This document shows, piece by piece, positions 7,960 to 16,626 of a stretch of DNA of 64,000 nucleotides; the first letter of the stretch is position 1; each line of letters starts with the position of its first letter. The notes below the pieces were generated by a model, which was not told where the DNA came from, made no database searches, and saw only the letters and a program-made list of their open reading frames with translations. The translations under genes were made by a program, and so were the position numbers. Source of the stretch: Ktedonobacterales bacterium (GTDB taxonomy: Bacteria > Chloroflexota > Ktedonobacteria > Ktedonobacterales > JADMIN01); NCBI GenBank assembly GCA_025935195.1, contig JAICVS010000004.1, positions 107 to 64,106 of the forward strand. Direction: 5' to 3'.

Positions 7960-10332
7960 TCACCCAGCCCCGCCCATGCGGAACCTGAGATCGTAGCTCA
8001 CAATGAAGTCGAGCTGCTCAGTGCTGAATCCGTAACCATGGGCGAGCGCGCGATCAATCTCGTCAATGATCGGCTTGCAGCGCGCCACGTCGAAGTTGAT
8101 CTCGTCGGTCGCGATGCGCGCGCCGCGCCGCCGGCGCGTCGCCGCTCCGCCACTCAGCGCGACCCCCAGCTCCGACCAGAGCGCGGCAAACGTGCCAGTG
8201 TCCGCGCCGTCAAGATCGAAGACGGGCAGGCCCACCACCTCGCGCGCCACCACATCCATGCAGTTCGAGTGGACGATCCACCACCAATAAAAGAGCTGGC
8301 TGCTCAACAGGCAGCCCACCAATGGGACCAGGCGCGCGGGAACGCGCAACTCTTTGTAGTGCGAGGAGAGCCGGATCGGCAGCGCCTTGCGCCAGTAGCG
8401 CCCGCCAGAGTGGTAGTAGATCGCCGTCCCATCGCTCGTCACATACTCGCCCAGGACATGCCCATGTGCCAACAGACGCCGCAGCAGCTCCACCTCGGCT
8501 GCGCTGCCGATCTTCGGGTAAGGACCGGGCAGACGCCGTGCGTCGTGCGGCACCTGTACGTACGCCAGTCGTTGGAAGAGGGTCGCCCGCTCGGCCGGGT
8601 CCGCGCTACGCCAGCGGTGGTAGGCGGTGCTGAAGATGGAAGCCTCGTCCGTCCGCTTCTCCAGCAGCGTAATGGTCAGGTTCATATCCACGCCCGGAAA
8701 GAGCTTGGCCGGCCGTGTGGCGAAGTGGCTGTGCCACTGCGGATAGCCCGTGTAGAGCGCCCGCAGCGACGCCATCCCCTCGGTCGAGACCGACGCGATA
8801 GGCACGATCATGCCCATCCGCCCGCCGGGTCGCAGCAGGTCCAGCGCGCGCTCGACGACCATCGCGTACAGATTGCCCGCCGCCCGTGTCCGATAGCCGC
8901 GCAGTGGGTCCGCGTCTCGCCTCGCATGGTAGCGAACGTACGGCGGATTACCGATCACCACGTCGAAGCCGCCGCGGTCGCGCATCACCCCTGGAAACAC
9001 CGCAGGCCAATGCAGCGACTGACCCTCCCCGCCAGGCTCCATAGCTCCCACAGGCGGTGTATCATCCGGGCGGACACGGCCGGCCAGCGCATCACCCGTA
9101 TGGATGTTGAGGCGGATGTCTTCGATGCCCGACAGCGCATCCGCAGGGCGGCCCGCCTGTGCGTCACCAGCGCGGACCACGAGCAGCAGGCGCAGGCGCG
9201 CGACCATGGTCGCCTCGCCGTCCAGATCCACCCCATGCAGGTTGCGAGTAACGATCGTGCGCGCGGCGAAGCGCCTCGCGCCGCCCATCCGCTCGCTCTC
9301 GTTCAGGATTGCCTGGAACGCGCCGGAAGGTCCGCCGGATTCCATCTCCGCCATCTCCGCCATACGCCGCGGGCAGGCGGCGTAGAGCGGCGCGAGAACA
9401 CGCAGCGCGCCGGCGAGAAAGGCGCCCGTGCCACAGGTGGGATCCAGGATGGTGATATTCGTCAGCGACCGCCAGAAAGCCAGCAGCAGCGCCGGATCGT
9501 CGCAACGCTCCACCACATCGCGGGCGAGGCCGACGAGATCGAGGTTTGCCGTCACCAGATCGTTGATAGAGTGGTGGTCTGGCGCCTCACGCAACAAGCG
9601 CCATACCAGGCCATCACGTGCGAACGCTGCGGGGTAGGCCTCATGGACGCTGTCCAACAGAGCGGGCACAATCGTATTGGCGGCGATATAGCCGGTGATG
9701 TCATCGGCGGTGTAGTGCGCGCCCAGGTGGCCGCGCGCGCCACCCGGCGCCAGCACGTAGCTGAGCGCAGCGGGTGTGATCGCGTCCACCGCCGGCTGTA
9801 TTTCATCAAGCTGCCAGCGGTAGGCGTCGCAGAACGCGAAGAGCCGGACGAACGCGGCGTCCGCGATATCCAGGTCAACACAATCCCGCTCCACCTGACA
9901 CGCCGCCAGCGGCTCGGCAAGGCTTCGCGGCAACCGGATAGGCGCATCTGTCATCCAGGCGTCCGAACACTCATATATCGAATCGCCCGCGCGGAACAGT
10001 GGCAGCAGCACACGGCGATAGAAGCCGCTGGACGCGGAGCTGTCGCTCTCGTCGTGGATGTGGTCGAGCTGGTGGCGCAGATAGTCCGTATCGCCAGCGA
10101 GCAGCCTCGCTCGCTGCAAGAAATAGCCGACCAGCACGCGCAGCAGCACCAGTGCGCCAACCCGCTCGCGCTCATGGGCCGTCAGCCCGCCGTCAATTGC
10201 TCCGAGCAAGTGGATACGCTCTTCACGCAAACGCGCCGCGAAGTCCCCGCGCGCGCGCGTGCCGCCGCTCGTCGTGCGCGCCGCCGCCCGCGGCCGGCCA
10301 GCGCCGCCGCGTGGCGCGGGAAGAGCTTGCAT
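7960..10332 (-). CDS. Eco57I/type IIG-like N6-adenine DNA methyltransferase
   Basis: Motif I is ILDPTCGTGAFL, motif IV is VIGNPPYVRY, and GAHYTADDI lies upstream. A C-terminal TaqI-like specificity-type region is present. The start is taken at ATG 10332 (MQALPAP...); the longer track ORF would run into the divergent thioesterase gene. Confidence 0.85.
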   Translation of the reverse strand: MQALPAPRGGAGRPRAAARTTSGGTRARGDFAARLREERIHLLGAIDGGLTAHERERVGALVLLRVLVGYFLQRARLLAGDTDYLRHQLDHIHDESDSSASSGFYRRVLLPLFRAGDSIYECSDAWMTDAPIRLPRSLAEPLAACQVERDCVDLDIADAAFVRLFAFCDAYRWQLDEIQPAVDAITPAALSYVLAPGGARGHLGAHYTADDITGYIAANTIVPALLDSVHEAYPAAFARDGLVWRLLREAPDHHSINDLVTANLDLVGLARDVVERCDDPALLLAFWRSLTNITILDPTCGTGAFLAGALRVLAPLYAACPRRMAEMAEMESGGPSGAFQAILNESERMGGARRFAARTIVTRNLHGVDLDGEATMVARLRLLLVVRAGDAQAGRPADALSGIEDIRLNIHTGDALAGRVRPDDTPPVGAMEPGGEGQSLHWPAVFPGVMRDRGGFDVVIGNPPYVRYHARRDADPLRGYRTRAAGNLYAMVVERALDLLRPGGRMGMIVPIASVSTEGMASLRALYTGYPQWHSHFATRPAKLFPGVDMNLTITLLEKRTDEASIFSTAYHRWRSADPAERATLFQRLAYVQVPHDARRLPGPYPKIGSAAEVELLRRLLAHGHVLGEYVTSDGTAIYYHSGGRYWRKALPIRLSSHYKELRVPARLVPLVGCLLSSQLFYWWWIVHSNCMDVVAREVVGLPVFDLDGADTGTFAALWSELGVALSGGAATRRRRGARIATDEINFDVARCKPIIDEIDRALAHGYGFSTEQLDFIVSYDLRFRMGGAG

Positions 10333-10520
10333 GAAGCCTCGCTGGGTGCGGCACCCTATGAGAGACGAACGGCGCGACGCTGGCGGAGCGCGCTGACAAC
10401 TATAGCGGCCGCGCCTGCCACCAGGCAAACGCCCCACATAGTGTACAACGCAACGCATGGTACACTGCCCGCGACGCGGCGATAGTTGGGCCGCACATGT
10501 AGGGTGCGTGACGACGAGGG

Positions 10521-11006
10521 ATGGCGCGAATGGACCAGCGGGCCTTTCAAGACGATCTGGCGGCAACGGGCTTCGAGCACTGCTGGGGCTGCGGCGTAGC
10601 GAACAAGCATGGCCTACGCCTGCGCAGTTTCTGGGAGGGCGACGAGGCGGTCTGCCACTGGCAGCCGCAGCCATACCACATCGCCGCGCCGGGCGCGGTC
10701 AGCGGTGGCATCCTGGCAACGCTGATAGATTGCCACTGCGCCGCCACGGCGGTAGCGACGGCATACCGTGCGGAGGGGCGCACCATCGGTACGGGCGAGC
10801 CGATCCGCTACGTCACCGCCTCGCTGGAAGTGACCTACCTGCGCCCAACACCGCTTGGGCCGCTGACGCTGCGCGCTCGCCCTGGCGAGGTCGCCGGCAG
10901 GAAGATGACCGTCAGTTGCTCAGTCTATGCGGCGACGGGCGAGGAGTGCGCACGCGGCACGGTCGTCGCGGCGCGCGTGCCGGCGACATGGCGAGCCAGC
11001 GCATAG
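10521..11006 (+). CDS. PaaI-family (hotdog-fold) thioesterase
   Basis: ...HWQPQPYHIAAPGAVSGGILATLIDCHCA... and the length of about 160 aa are typical of PaaI/YbdB thioesterases. Confidence 0.8.
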   Translation: MARMDQRAFQDDLAATGFEHCWGCGVANKHGLRLRSFWEGDEAVCHWQPQPYHIAAPGAVSGGILATLIDCHCAATAVATAYRAEGRTIGTGEPIRYVTASLEVTYLRPTPLGPLTLRARPGEVAGRKMTVSCSVYAATGEECARGTVVAARVPATWRASA

Positions 11007-11019
11007 GATGCGTTCTCAG

Positions 11020-11105
11020 TGGTAGGGCGGGCGGGACTCGAACCCGCACGGGGTTGCCCCCAAGGGATTTTAAGTCCCCTGTGTCTGCCATTTCACCACC
11101 GCCCC
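11020..11105 (-). tRNA. tRNA-Leu (anticodon UAA)
   Basis: The rc folds as a cloverleaf. The acceptor is GGGGCGG/CCGCCCT, the anticodon stem-loop is GGGGA-CUUAAAA-UCCCU, the variable arm is long, the T-arm is GCGGG-TTCGAGT-CCCGC, and a 3' CCA is encoded. Confidence 0.9.
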
Positions 11106-11264
11106 GCGAGCATGCGCTGTGGCGAGCCGCGAGCACCCCCCACCGTCCCGTTATACGCCCGCGCCCGCCCAGGTGACAAGTCCATCGCGCGGGATACTCT
11201 GGGGAAGACGCGGCGGGGTCCGGGAGCGCACCCCCGGACCCTTGGGACAGCTCGCCGTGGCACG

Positions 11265-11573
11265 CTACTTCTTCGCGGCGCCCGCAGCCTTGACCTTGGC
11301 GACGGCGTCGTTGAGGTCTTTGCCCGGCGCGAACTTCACACGCTTGCGCGCCGGCACGGTGATCTTCTCGCGCGTCTGCGGGTTGACACGCACGCTCTCC
11401 GCCGTGTCCTTCACTGAGAAGACGCCGAAGCCGACGAGGCGCACGGTGTCGCCTTTCTCCAGCGACTCCTTGATGGCTTCCAGCGTCGCATCCACGAACT
11501 CGGTGGTCTCTTTGGCGCTCTTACCCGCCTTGCCTGCCACCAGCTTGATCAGGTCTGACTTGCCGACCGGCAT
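11265..11573 (-). CDS. hup: HU-family nucleoid-associated DNA-binding protein
   Basis: MPVGKSDLIKLVA...FGVFSVKDTAESVRVNPQTREKITVPARKRVKFAPGKDL is a canonical HU/IHF fold sequence. Confidence 0.95.
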   Translation of the reverse strand: MPVGKSDLIKLVAGKAGKSAKETTEFVDATLEAIKESLEKGDTVRLVGFGVFSVKDTAESVRVNPQTREKITVPARKRVKFAPGKDLNDAVAKVKAAGAAKK

Positions 11574-11700
11574 GGTGCTTGCCTCCTCATTCTGTGCGAG
11601 TGCCTGATCTCAGCACTCGCCCCTCCGCGCACCCCAGGCGCGTCGGCAACAATCCCGCCGCGCCTCCCCGGTACGCTTGAACAAACATCTATCGGGCGCG

Positions 11701-11729
11701 AGTATATCATACTCCCGCCCTTAGAACAA
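11701..11729 (-). promoter_or_regulatory. candidate promoter for the HU gene
   Basis: On the minus strand: TTGTTC (rc of 11724-11729), 17 nt, TATACT (rc of 11701-11706). This implies a leader of about 120 nt that contains the hairpin GCGAGTGC...GCACTCGC. Confidence 0.4.
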
Positions 11730-12077
11730 CCGTGCCTATCCTGACGCTGCGCGGCTCCGGCGGCAGACCCTCGGCAGGTGATGCACGGCTCAACCGTGGA
11801 ACCCTGAATTTTTCAGGGTCCGCGCCGTATTCTACCCAACGCATTCCCGCGCCGTCAAAGGCCGCGAAAAACGCTTATCGAGTGGTACTTTATGGCTACA
11901 AATCCCGGCGCTGCGCGGAGTGAGAACAAGCGAGCACAAGATTAGGCTCGCGTGTTTTCTCAGCTCGCGCCGCCCCGCGCGAGTGGCAGATGTACAAGTG
12001 GCGCTCGCGTATTGCAGAGCCACATGGCCGCCCACAAGGCGAGCGGGCGGCCATAACACGTTCCTAGATCGCTGAGG

Positions 12078-12665
12078 CTAGCGCGCTTTGATGCTCACCT
12101 CACCGAAGGTGGCCGTCGCCTCGATGCGCAGCCAGCTCCCCGCGTCCGCTGAACCGAGCGTGAACGAATCCTGCCCGGTGATGCCGCCGACGTGGTGGCC
12201 CGGCACCGCAACCTCGCCAAAGCGGGCCGAGCTATCCACATAGACCCGCAGCCCCTCTGGCACGATCACCGTCACCTCGCCGAAGAGCGCCGTCACGCGC
12301 AGCACGTTCTCGCCCTCACTCAGCCGCGCCATGCGCACGTCGACCTTTGCAGAGCCGAAGGTCGCCGAGACGTGCGTTTCCGGCCCCAGCTCCCAGAGCG
12401 ATCCGCTGCGGTCCACCTCGCCAAAGAAGGCCGAGACGCGATGCACCTTGCCGCCGCTGGACGCCGGCCGCGTGCGGATGCGCGTCGCCGGCAGATCCGC
12501 GAGCATATGCGGCGGCTCCGGTGGCAGTTGCGCCAGGATGGCCGCGCGCTCGGCGGGATCGGTCGTCACCATCAGCGTGCCCATCAGCCGGCGGAACTCT
12601 TCCAGCGGCAAGCCGCCGCGCGCGTATCGCTCGCGTAGCTCTTCGAGCGCCGTCTCGTGGTCCAT
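12078..12665 (-). CDS. LiaF-like / DUF2154-type cell-envelope stress domain protein with an N-terminal SHOCT-like helix
   Basis: Repeated ...FGEV... beta-strand motifs (SAFFGEVD, ALFGEVTV, ARFGEVAV, ATFGEVSI) are typical of LiaF C-terminal domains. GGGAGAA precedes ATG 12665. Confidence 0.6.
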   Translation of the reverse strand: MDHETALEELRERYARGGLPLEEFRRLMGTLMVTTDPAERAAILAQLPPEPPHMLADLPATRIRTRPASSGGKVHRVSAFFGEVDRSGSLWELGPETHVSATFGSAKVDVRMARLSEGENVLRVTALFGEVTVIVPEGLRVYVDSSARFGEVAVPGHHVGGITGQDSFTLGSADAGSWLRIEATATFGEVSIKAR

Positions 12666-12888
12666 GCTGTTCTCCCATCCCGCGCGCTGGAGCGCGCGCT
12701 CATTCGCGAAGCCCATCAGCTCATCCCTCCGACTCGCACATCCCGATTCGCGCACCGATTGCCTGCGATTTGCCTGCGATTTGCCTGCGATCCACACCTC
12801 GATGGGCTGTACAGGCCCATAGCGACCCGTTCCACCTGTACCCTCAGCCCCATGTATGGCGGATAGTGACTGAGATCACTCCCACTTC

Positions 12889-13506
12889 CTATCCGCTGCT
12901 GTAGCGCCAGCCGGCCACGAGCAATTGCCAGATGCGCGGCGCCACCGCTCGCGGGAAGAAGGTCTCCGGCACGAGCAGCCAGGCGCGCACCAGCCCGTTG
13001 CCCACGCCCACGAAACTGAGCACCGCCGCTTCCACGTCCAGCGCCCGCGGGAGCTCGCCCGCCGCCACCGCCGCCAGCAGCTTCTCCGTCACGAACGCCT
13101 GCGCGCGCCGCTCCTCCGCCCGGCGCGCGTCCATCGCCTCGCGCGGCTCATCGGCTACCTCGATGCGCAGGTGCGCCAGCCGCACGTACGCCTGGTAGCC
13201 CTCGTCGGTTTCGAGCGCCTCCATCCAGCGCAGCCACATCGCCTCCAAGGCGGCCAGCGGGCTGGGCGCCTGCCGGGCGGCGTCCTCCAGAATCTCGGAG
13301 AAGATGCTGGCCCGCTCCCCCAGCAGCGCGGCAAAGAGGGCGGCTTTGCTGTCGAAGTACCAGTAGATGGCGCCTTTGCTCAGATTCGCCGCCGCCGTGA
13401 TGTCGTCCAGCGTGGTGCCGGCGTACCCCTGGCGGCTGAAGACGTTGGTCGCCGCCGCGAGAATCTGCCGCCGCGCCAGCGGGTCGGCTTGCTTCGGTCT
13501 GGGCAT
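12889..13506 (-). CDS. TetR/AcrR-family transcriptional regulator
   Basis: The N-terminal HTH is ILAAATNVFSRQGYAGTTLDDITAAANLSKGAIYWYFDSK. GAGGTG precedes ATG 13506. Confidence 0.9.
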   Translation of the reverse strand: MPRPKQADPLARRQILAAATNVFSRQGYAGTTLDDITAAANLSKGAIYWYFDSKAALFAALLGERASIFSEILEDAARQAPSPLAALEAMWLRWMEALETDEGYQAYVRLAHLRIEVADEPREAMDARRAEERRAQAFVTEKLLAAVAAGELPRALDVEAAVLSFVGVGNGLVRAWLLVPETFFPRAVAPRIWQLLVAGWRYSSG

Positions 13507-13595
13507 CGCGCACCTCGACATGTTCACATACTATCCAGTCGGTATTCAAATCATACCCGCAAATCGCGCGCGCGTCAAGAGGGTGTGATCTCAGT

Positions 13596-14387
13596 CTAGT
13601 CCGAGACCGTCGTTTCGTTGTGCAGGGCGAAGACGCCGGGCACGTGCCAGATGTCTTGCTCGGCTGAGGCGCGGTGGCGCGGGGAGGGCAGTGTGCCGAA
13701 GAGGCGCACGTCGCCGTCATGCACGATGCAGCGCAGCCCGCCGGTGTATGGCGCGATGGCTGGGTTGGCGTCCAGGATCGCCCAGATGTCGGCGGCGACC
13801 TCTTCGTCGCGGCGCAGCACTGTCGAGGATGCCAGTTGCTCGGCGGTCGCATCCAGATGCAGCGCCAGCTCGCCGCCCCGTGAGAGCAGCCCACCGTCTT
13901 CGGACTTGGTCGCCGTTGCCCAGGCCGGCGAGACCAGAATGCGCCGACCGCTCATGGCGACCAGCGGCATCATTGGGCTTGTGGGCAGATCCACCTCGGC
14001 GAGCACGTCATTGCGCACGCGCACGACCAGTTCGATCACCAGCCCGGTGCGGGTGTCCACCGTCAGCCCGTGCAGGCGACCAACGTAGCCTTCGTGACAG
14101 TGGACACGCATGCCGCTACGTAGCTCGATGGCGTCGGGTGTCGGCACCGGCGACTGCGCGGTTGTCAGCGGCACCGTTGTGACCGCGCGCTTGCCCCATC
14201 TCCCCGTGCGCAGCCGCAGCCATCCCTCACCTGTGCTGGCGCGCAGCCGCGCGCCTACGAGGCGTCCCGTGAGGCCGTCTATGCCGCGGAACTTCGCGGG
14301 CACTGTGGGCAGCTCCTCGCCCGCCATACGCGCGTCGAAGCGCAATGTCTGCCGCACCGACCGATCTCCGTTCATCGCTGCCGCCAT
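13596..14387 (-). CDS. PRC-barrel-like plus BON-domain protein
   Basis: MRVHCHEGYVGRLHGLTVDTRTGLVIELVV is PRC-barrel-like. The C-terminal ...CIVHDGDVRLFGTLPSPRHRASAEQDIWHVPGV is BON-like. The start codon is uncertain. Confidence 0.55.
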   Translation of the reverse strand: MAAAMNGDRSVRQTLRFDARMAGEELPTVPAKFRGIDGLTGRLVGARLRASTGEGWLRLRTGRWGKRAVTTVPLTTAQSPVPTPDAIELRSGMRVHCHEGYVGRLHGLTVDTRTGLVIELVVRVRNDVLAEVDLPTSPMMPLVAMSGRRILVSPAWATATKSEDGGLLSRGGELALHLDATAEQLASSTVLRRDEEVAADIWAILDANPAIAPYTGGLRCIVHDGDVRLFGTLPSPRHRASAEQDIWHVPGVFALHNETTVSD

Positions 14388-14656
14388 GTACTGTGTGTAC
14401 GTCGCGTTGCCAGCGCCTGTCAATCCCGTCACGTCCACAACCACTGCTTCCGCCTCCAGGTGTCTGGCCGGCCCAGGTGGCGCTCGCGCGCATGCGGAGT
14501 CAACCGAGACTATTCTATCCGTCCGCTCGCGTCGCCGCAACCACGGTGCGCATCGCCGGCTCGCATATCCAGACGACTTGGGCGCGCTCCGCGCCACCAG
14601 GCGCGCCAATTGCCCATAACAGGCTGTCCGCGGCACATCGCATGCCACTCCGGAAG

Positions 14657-14718
14657 GACGACGAGAACGACCACAGAGGACACGGAGGATACGGAGGAAC
14701 AGAGGAGGAGGAGAAAGG
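14657..14718. repeat. GGAGG-rich short-period repeat (family C, copy 1)
   Basis: GACGACGAGAACGACCACAGAGGACACGGAGGATACGGAGGAACAGAGGAGG... is closely similar to 58821-58873. Confidence 0.7.
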
Positions 14719-14866
14719 ATGCGACTCCATCTCTGTGTGGCGGCGGCTGGCACGCCGCGGCGCGCACGAGTACAATATCACCGGCATCTTTGCCATTTTC
14801 ATCTGGCTCGGCTCCTCGCGCATCCGGGCGCTTCACAACTGCTACGCCCTGTTCAGGAGGACTTTC

Positions 14867-15184
14867 ATGGATACCCAGACGATGCTGATTCTGCTGATCA
14901 TCGCCACGGTGCTGGCGTTGCCTGGCGGGCTCTTTGTGGCGGGGATGCTGGCGCGGGCCCGCACGCGCTGGGCGGCGCTGCTCGGCGGCCTGATCGGCGC
15001 CGTTGTGGTGGCGGCGGCTGTCTTCGCGTACGTCTCCAGCGCGCCGAACCTCAGCCTGGATGGTCTCACCTACTTTCTCGGCGCCTTCTTCGCCGTCTCC
15101 GTGGGGGCTTTCAGCGGCGCGCTGCTCATCAACTTTCTCTTTGGCCTGGGCGGCCGCACCCCTGACATCAGCTCTGAATTCTGA
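14867..15184 (+). CDS. small integral membrane protein
   Basis: AGGAGG (14855-14860) precedes ATG 14867. There are three predicted hydrophobic helices. Confidence 0.7.
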   Translation: MDTQTMLILLIIATVLALPGGLFVAGMLARARTRWAALLGGLIGAVVVAAAVFAYVSSAPNLSLDGLTYFLGAFFAVSVGAFSGALLINFLFGLGGRTPDISSEF

Positions 15185-15257
15185 TCGCGATACCGATCAC
15201 GGAGCCGAGACCTGGCGGGCGCGCAATGCGAGTGGCGCTCACCCTAGCCGGTCGCGC

Positions 15258-15616
15258 GGCAATGTTGACCTGTTCAGTCAACATTGCCGTTTTTGCCACT
15301 TTTCAACTGTGTGCCAGGAGTGTCACCTTCTCAACCCCCGAATTCAAGCCATGTGGCGTGGATTGGCAACTTGACGTTTCGTGTTATGGGTGGCAAAAGT
15401 GGCACGATCGCGGCAAGAAGTGGCAACGGATGGCAAGATGGGCGGCAAAAACGGCAACGTTTGAGCGGGTACGGCCATTTCCACGCGATCATACTCGCGG
15501 CTGCCATCGGGTGAGATGAGCAACTACAGTCCGCTATGCGATTGTTCAGGTGCCGACGGAGCTAGATGACTCCGCATTGATAGAACTAAATTACCACGAA
15601 ACTGGCGGGGTGTCAA
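15258..15616 (-). repeat. promoter-led TTGCC-array element, copy 2 of 4 (best preserved; candidate ncRNA / MITE-like)
   Basis: The minus strand carries the promoter, AGTTCTATC, the hairpin CGGAG-N8-CTCCG, CCTGAACAATCGCATA, seven phased TTGCC/GTGCC motifs, GGCTTGAATTCGG, and a perfect palindrome GGCAATGTTGAC/GTCAACATTGCC (15258-15269 / 15277-15288). Confidence 0.8.
15588..15616 (-). promoter_or_regulatory. sigma70-like promoter of repeat-element copy 2
   Basis: Minus strand: TTGACA (rc of 15611-15616), 17 nt, TAATTT (rc of 15588-15593). Confidence 0.6.
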
Positions 15617-15930
15617 GGTGGATGGGGCGCGACCTCACTCCCAGCCTCGCAACGCTGGGGAAGGAAAGGGGTACGCGGCCGAAGGGCTGTGGCGAAGGCA
15701 GATGGGGAATCGCGGCCACCGTCCTGAAGTCCGCGACGGCCACGCAGGACGCGGCGGAGGCGACGGAGGAGACGGTGGCAGCGGAGGTGGCTGATCGCCG
15801 AGAGGAGCAAGTGGAGATCTGCGCTTAGCCTGTACGCGCCGGCCATCAGCTCCAATCCCATTAGCCGATCATTGGCGAGCGGTGCGGACACGGATGAGGC
15901 CGGCAACGAGGTTTCGGTGAAGCATGGCGA

Positions 15931-15971
15931 TACAACGAAACGGCGCGATCCCGTGGCGGGATCGCGCCGTT
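15931..15971 (-). terminator. intrinsic terminator downstream of the 15996-16214 gene
   Basis: A 15-bp perfect stem, AACGGCGCGATCCCG/CGGGATCGCGCCGTT (15939-15971), is followed on the minus strand by TTTCGTTGT. Confidence 0.7.
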
Positions 15972-15995
15972 GGCACGCCATCGTGCCGATGAGCG

Positions 15996-16214
15996 TTACG
16001 CTTCGGTGCTCGTGCTGGTTCCACCCGCGTGGCCGTGGCCGCCGTAGCTCACGTTGCTGATACGCGCCATCCATTGCGCGAACCGGCGGCGTTCCTCTTC
16101 TTCGCGCCGCTCGCGCTCGACGCGCTCCTGCACGACGATCAGGCGCACCGCCTCTTCGACGGTGAAGCCGCGATCGAGCAGGGCATCAATCAGCAGATCC
16201 TCGTACTGACTCAT
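15996..16214 (-). CDS. small hypothetical protein (charged helical, E/R-rich)
   Basis: GGGAGG lies 7 nt upstream of ATG 16214, and a terminator follows the stop. Confidence 0.6.
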   Translation of the reverse strand: MSQYEDLLIDALLDRGFTVEEAVRLIVVQERVERERREEEERRRFAQWMARISNVSYGGHGHAGGTSTSTEA

Positions 16215-16550
16215 TGCCGCACCTCCCGCTGACTATGGAACACCACAGGGCGGATGCGGGTGAGGCCGCGAGAACCGCACGCTCAACCGGCGAAGATCAG
16301 GGACCGATGGATCGCCGCCGGCGGATCGCTCGCTCGACTGGCCGCCCGCTGCCGCTGGGCGCCTGGAAGTGGCATCTCGTGTACTTTCGTCCCGACCAGA
16401 ACATGTCCATCTGTACACATATACGTCATTGACACATAGCAGGTGACGTGCCAAGGCCGCTCGCAGCGTTTGCGAGACCGCTACAAGCTATGACGAGCAC
16501 GCGGCGTGAAGGTTGTCAGGCATAGCCCGGAGAGGATGGTGGTGCGGGCT

Positions 16551-16610
16551 GGCGGGTGAACCCGCACCTGAGGACGTGCCGCCACGAAGTCCGGCCAAGC
16601 CGGACCGGGA
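16551..16610 (+). repeat. REP-like element, family B, copy 1
   Basis: GGCGGGTGAACCCGCACCTGAGGACGTGCCGCCACGAAGTCCGGCCAAGCCGGACCGGGA. It shares consensus with 27865, 40478, 50023 and 53308 (rc). Confidence 0.8.
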
Positions 16611-16626
16611 AGAGAGGCGCTCTAAC

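Noticed and set aside
6727-10485. 1252-aa ORF, the longest in the track
   Set aside because: It runs antisense to the GNAT and methyltransferase genes and through repeat-element copy 1. Its composition is R/P/A/H-rich with no recognisable domain. This is a typical stop-poor antisense frame in high-G+C DNA.
11740-12060. Possible housekeeping ncRNA (6S, SRP, tmRNA) in the 500-nt gap between HU and the LiaF-like gene
   Set aside because: I found no closing helix or conserved SRP/tmRNA/6S signature by eye, only a small hairpin (ACCCTGAA-TTT-TTCAGGGT near 11800-11818). The evidence is insufficient to call anything.
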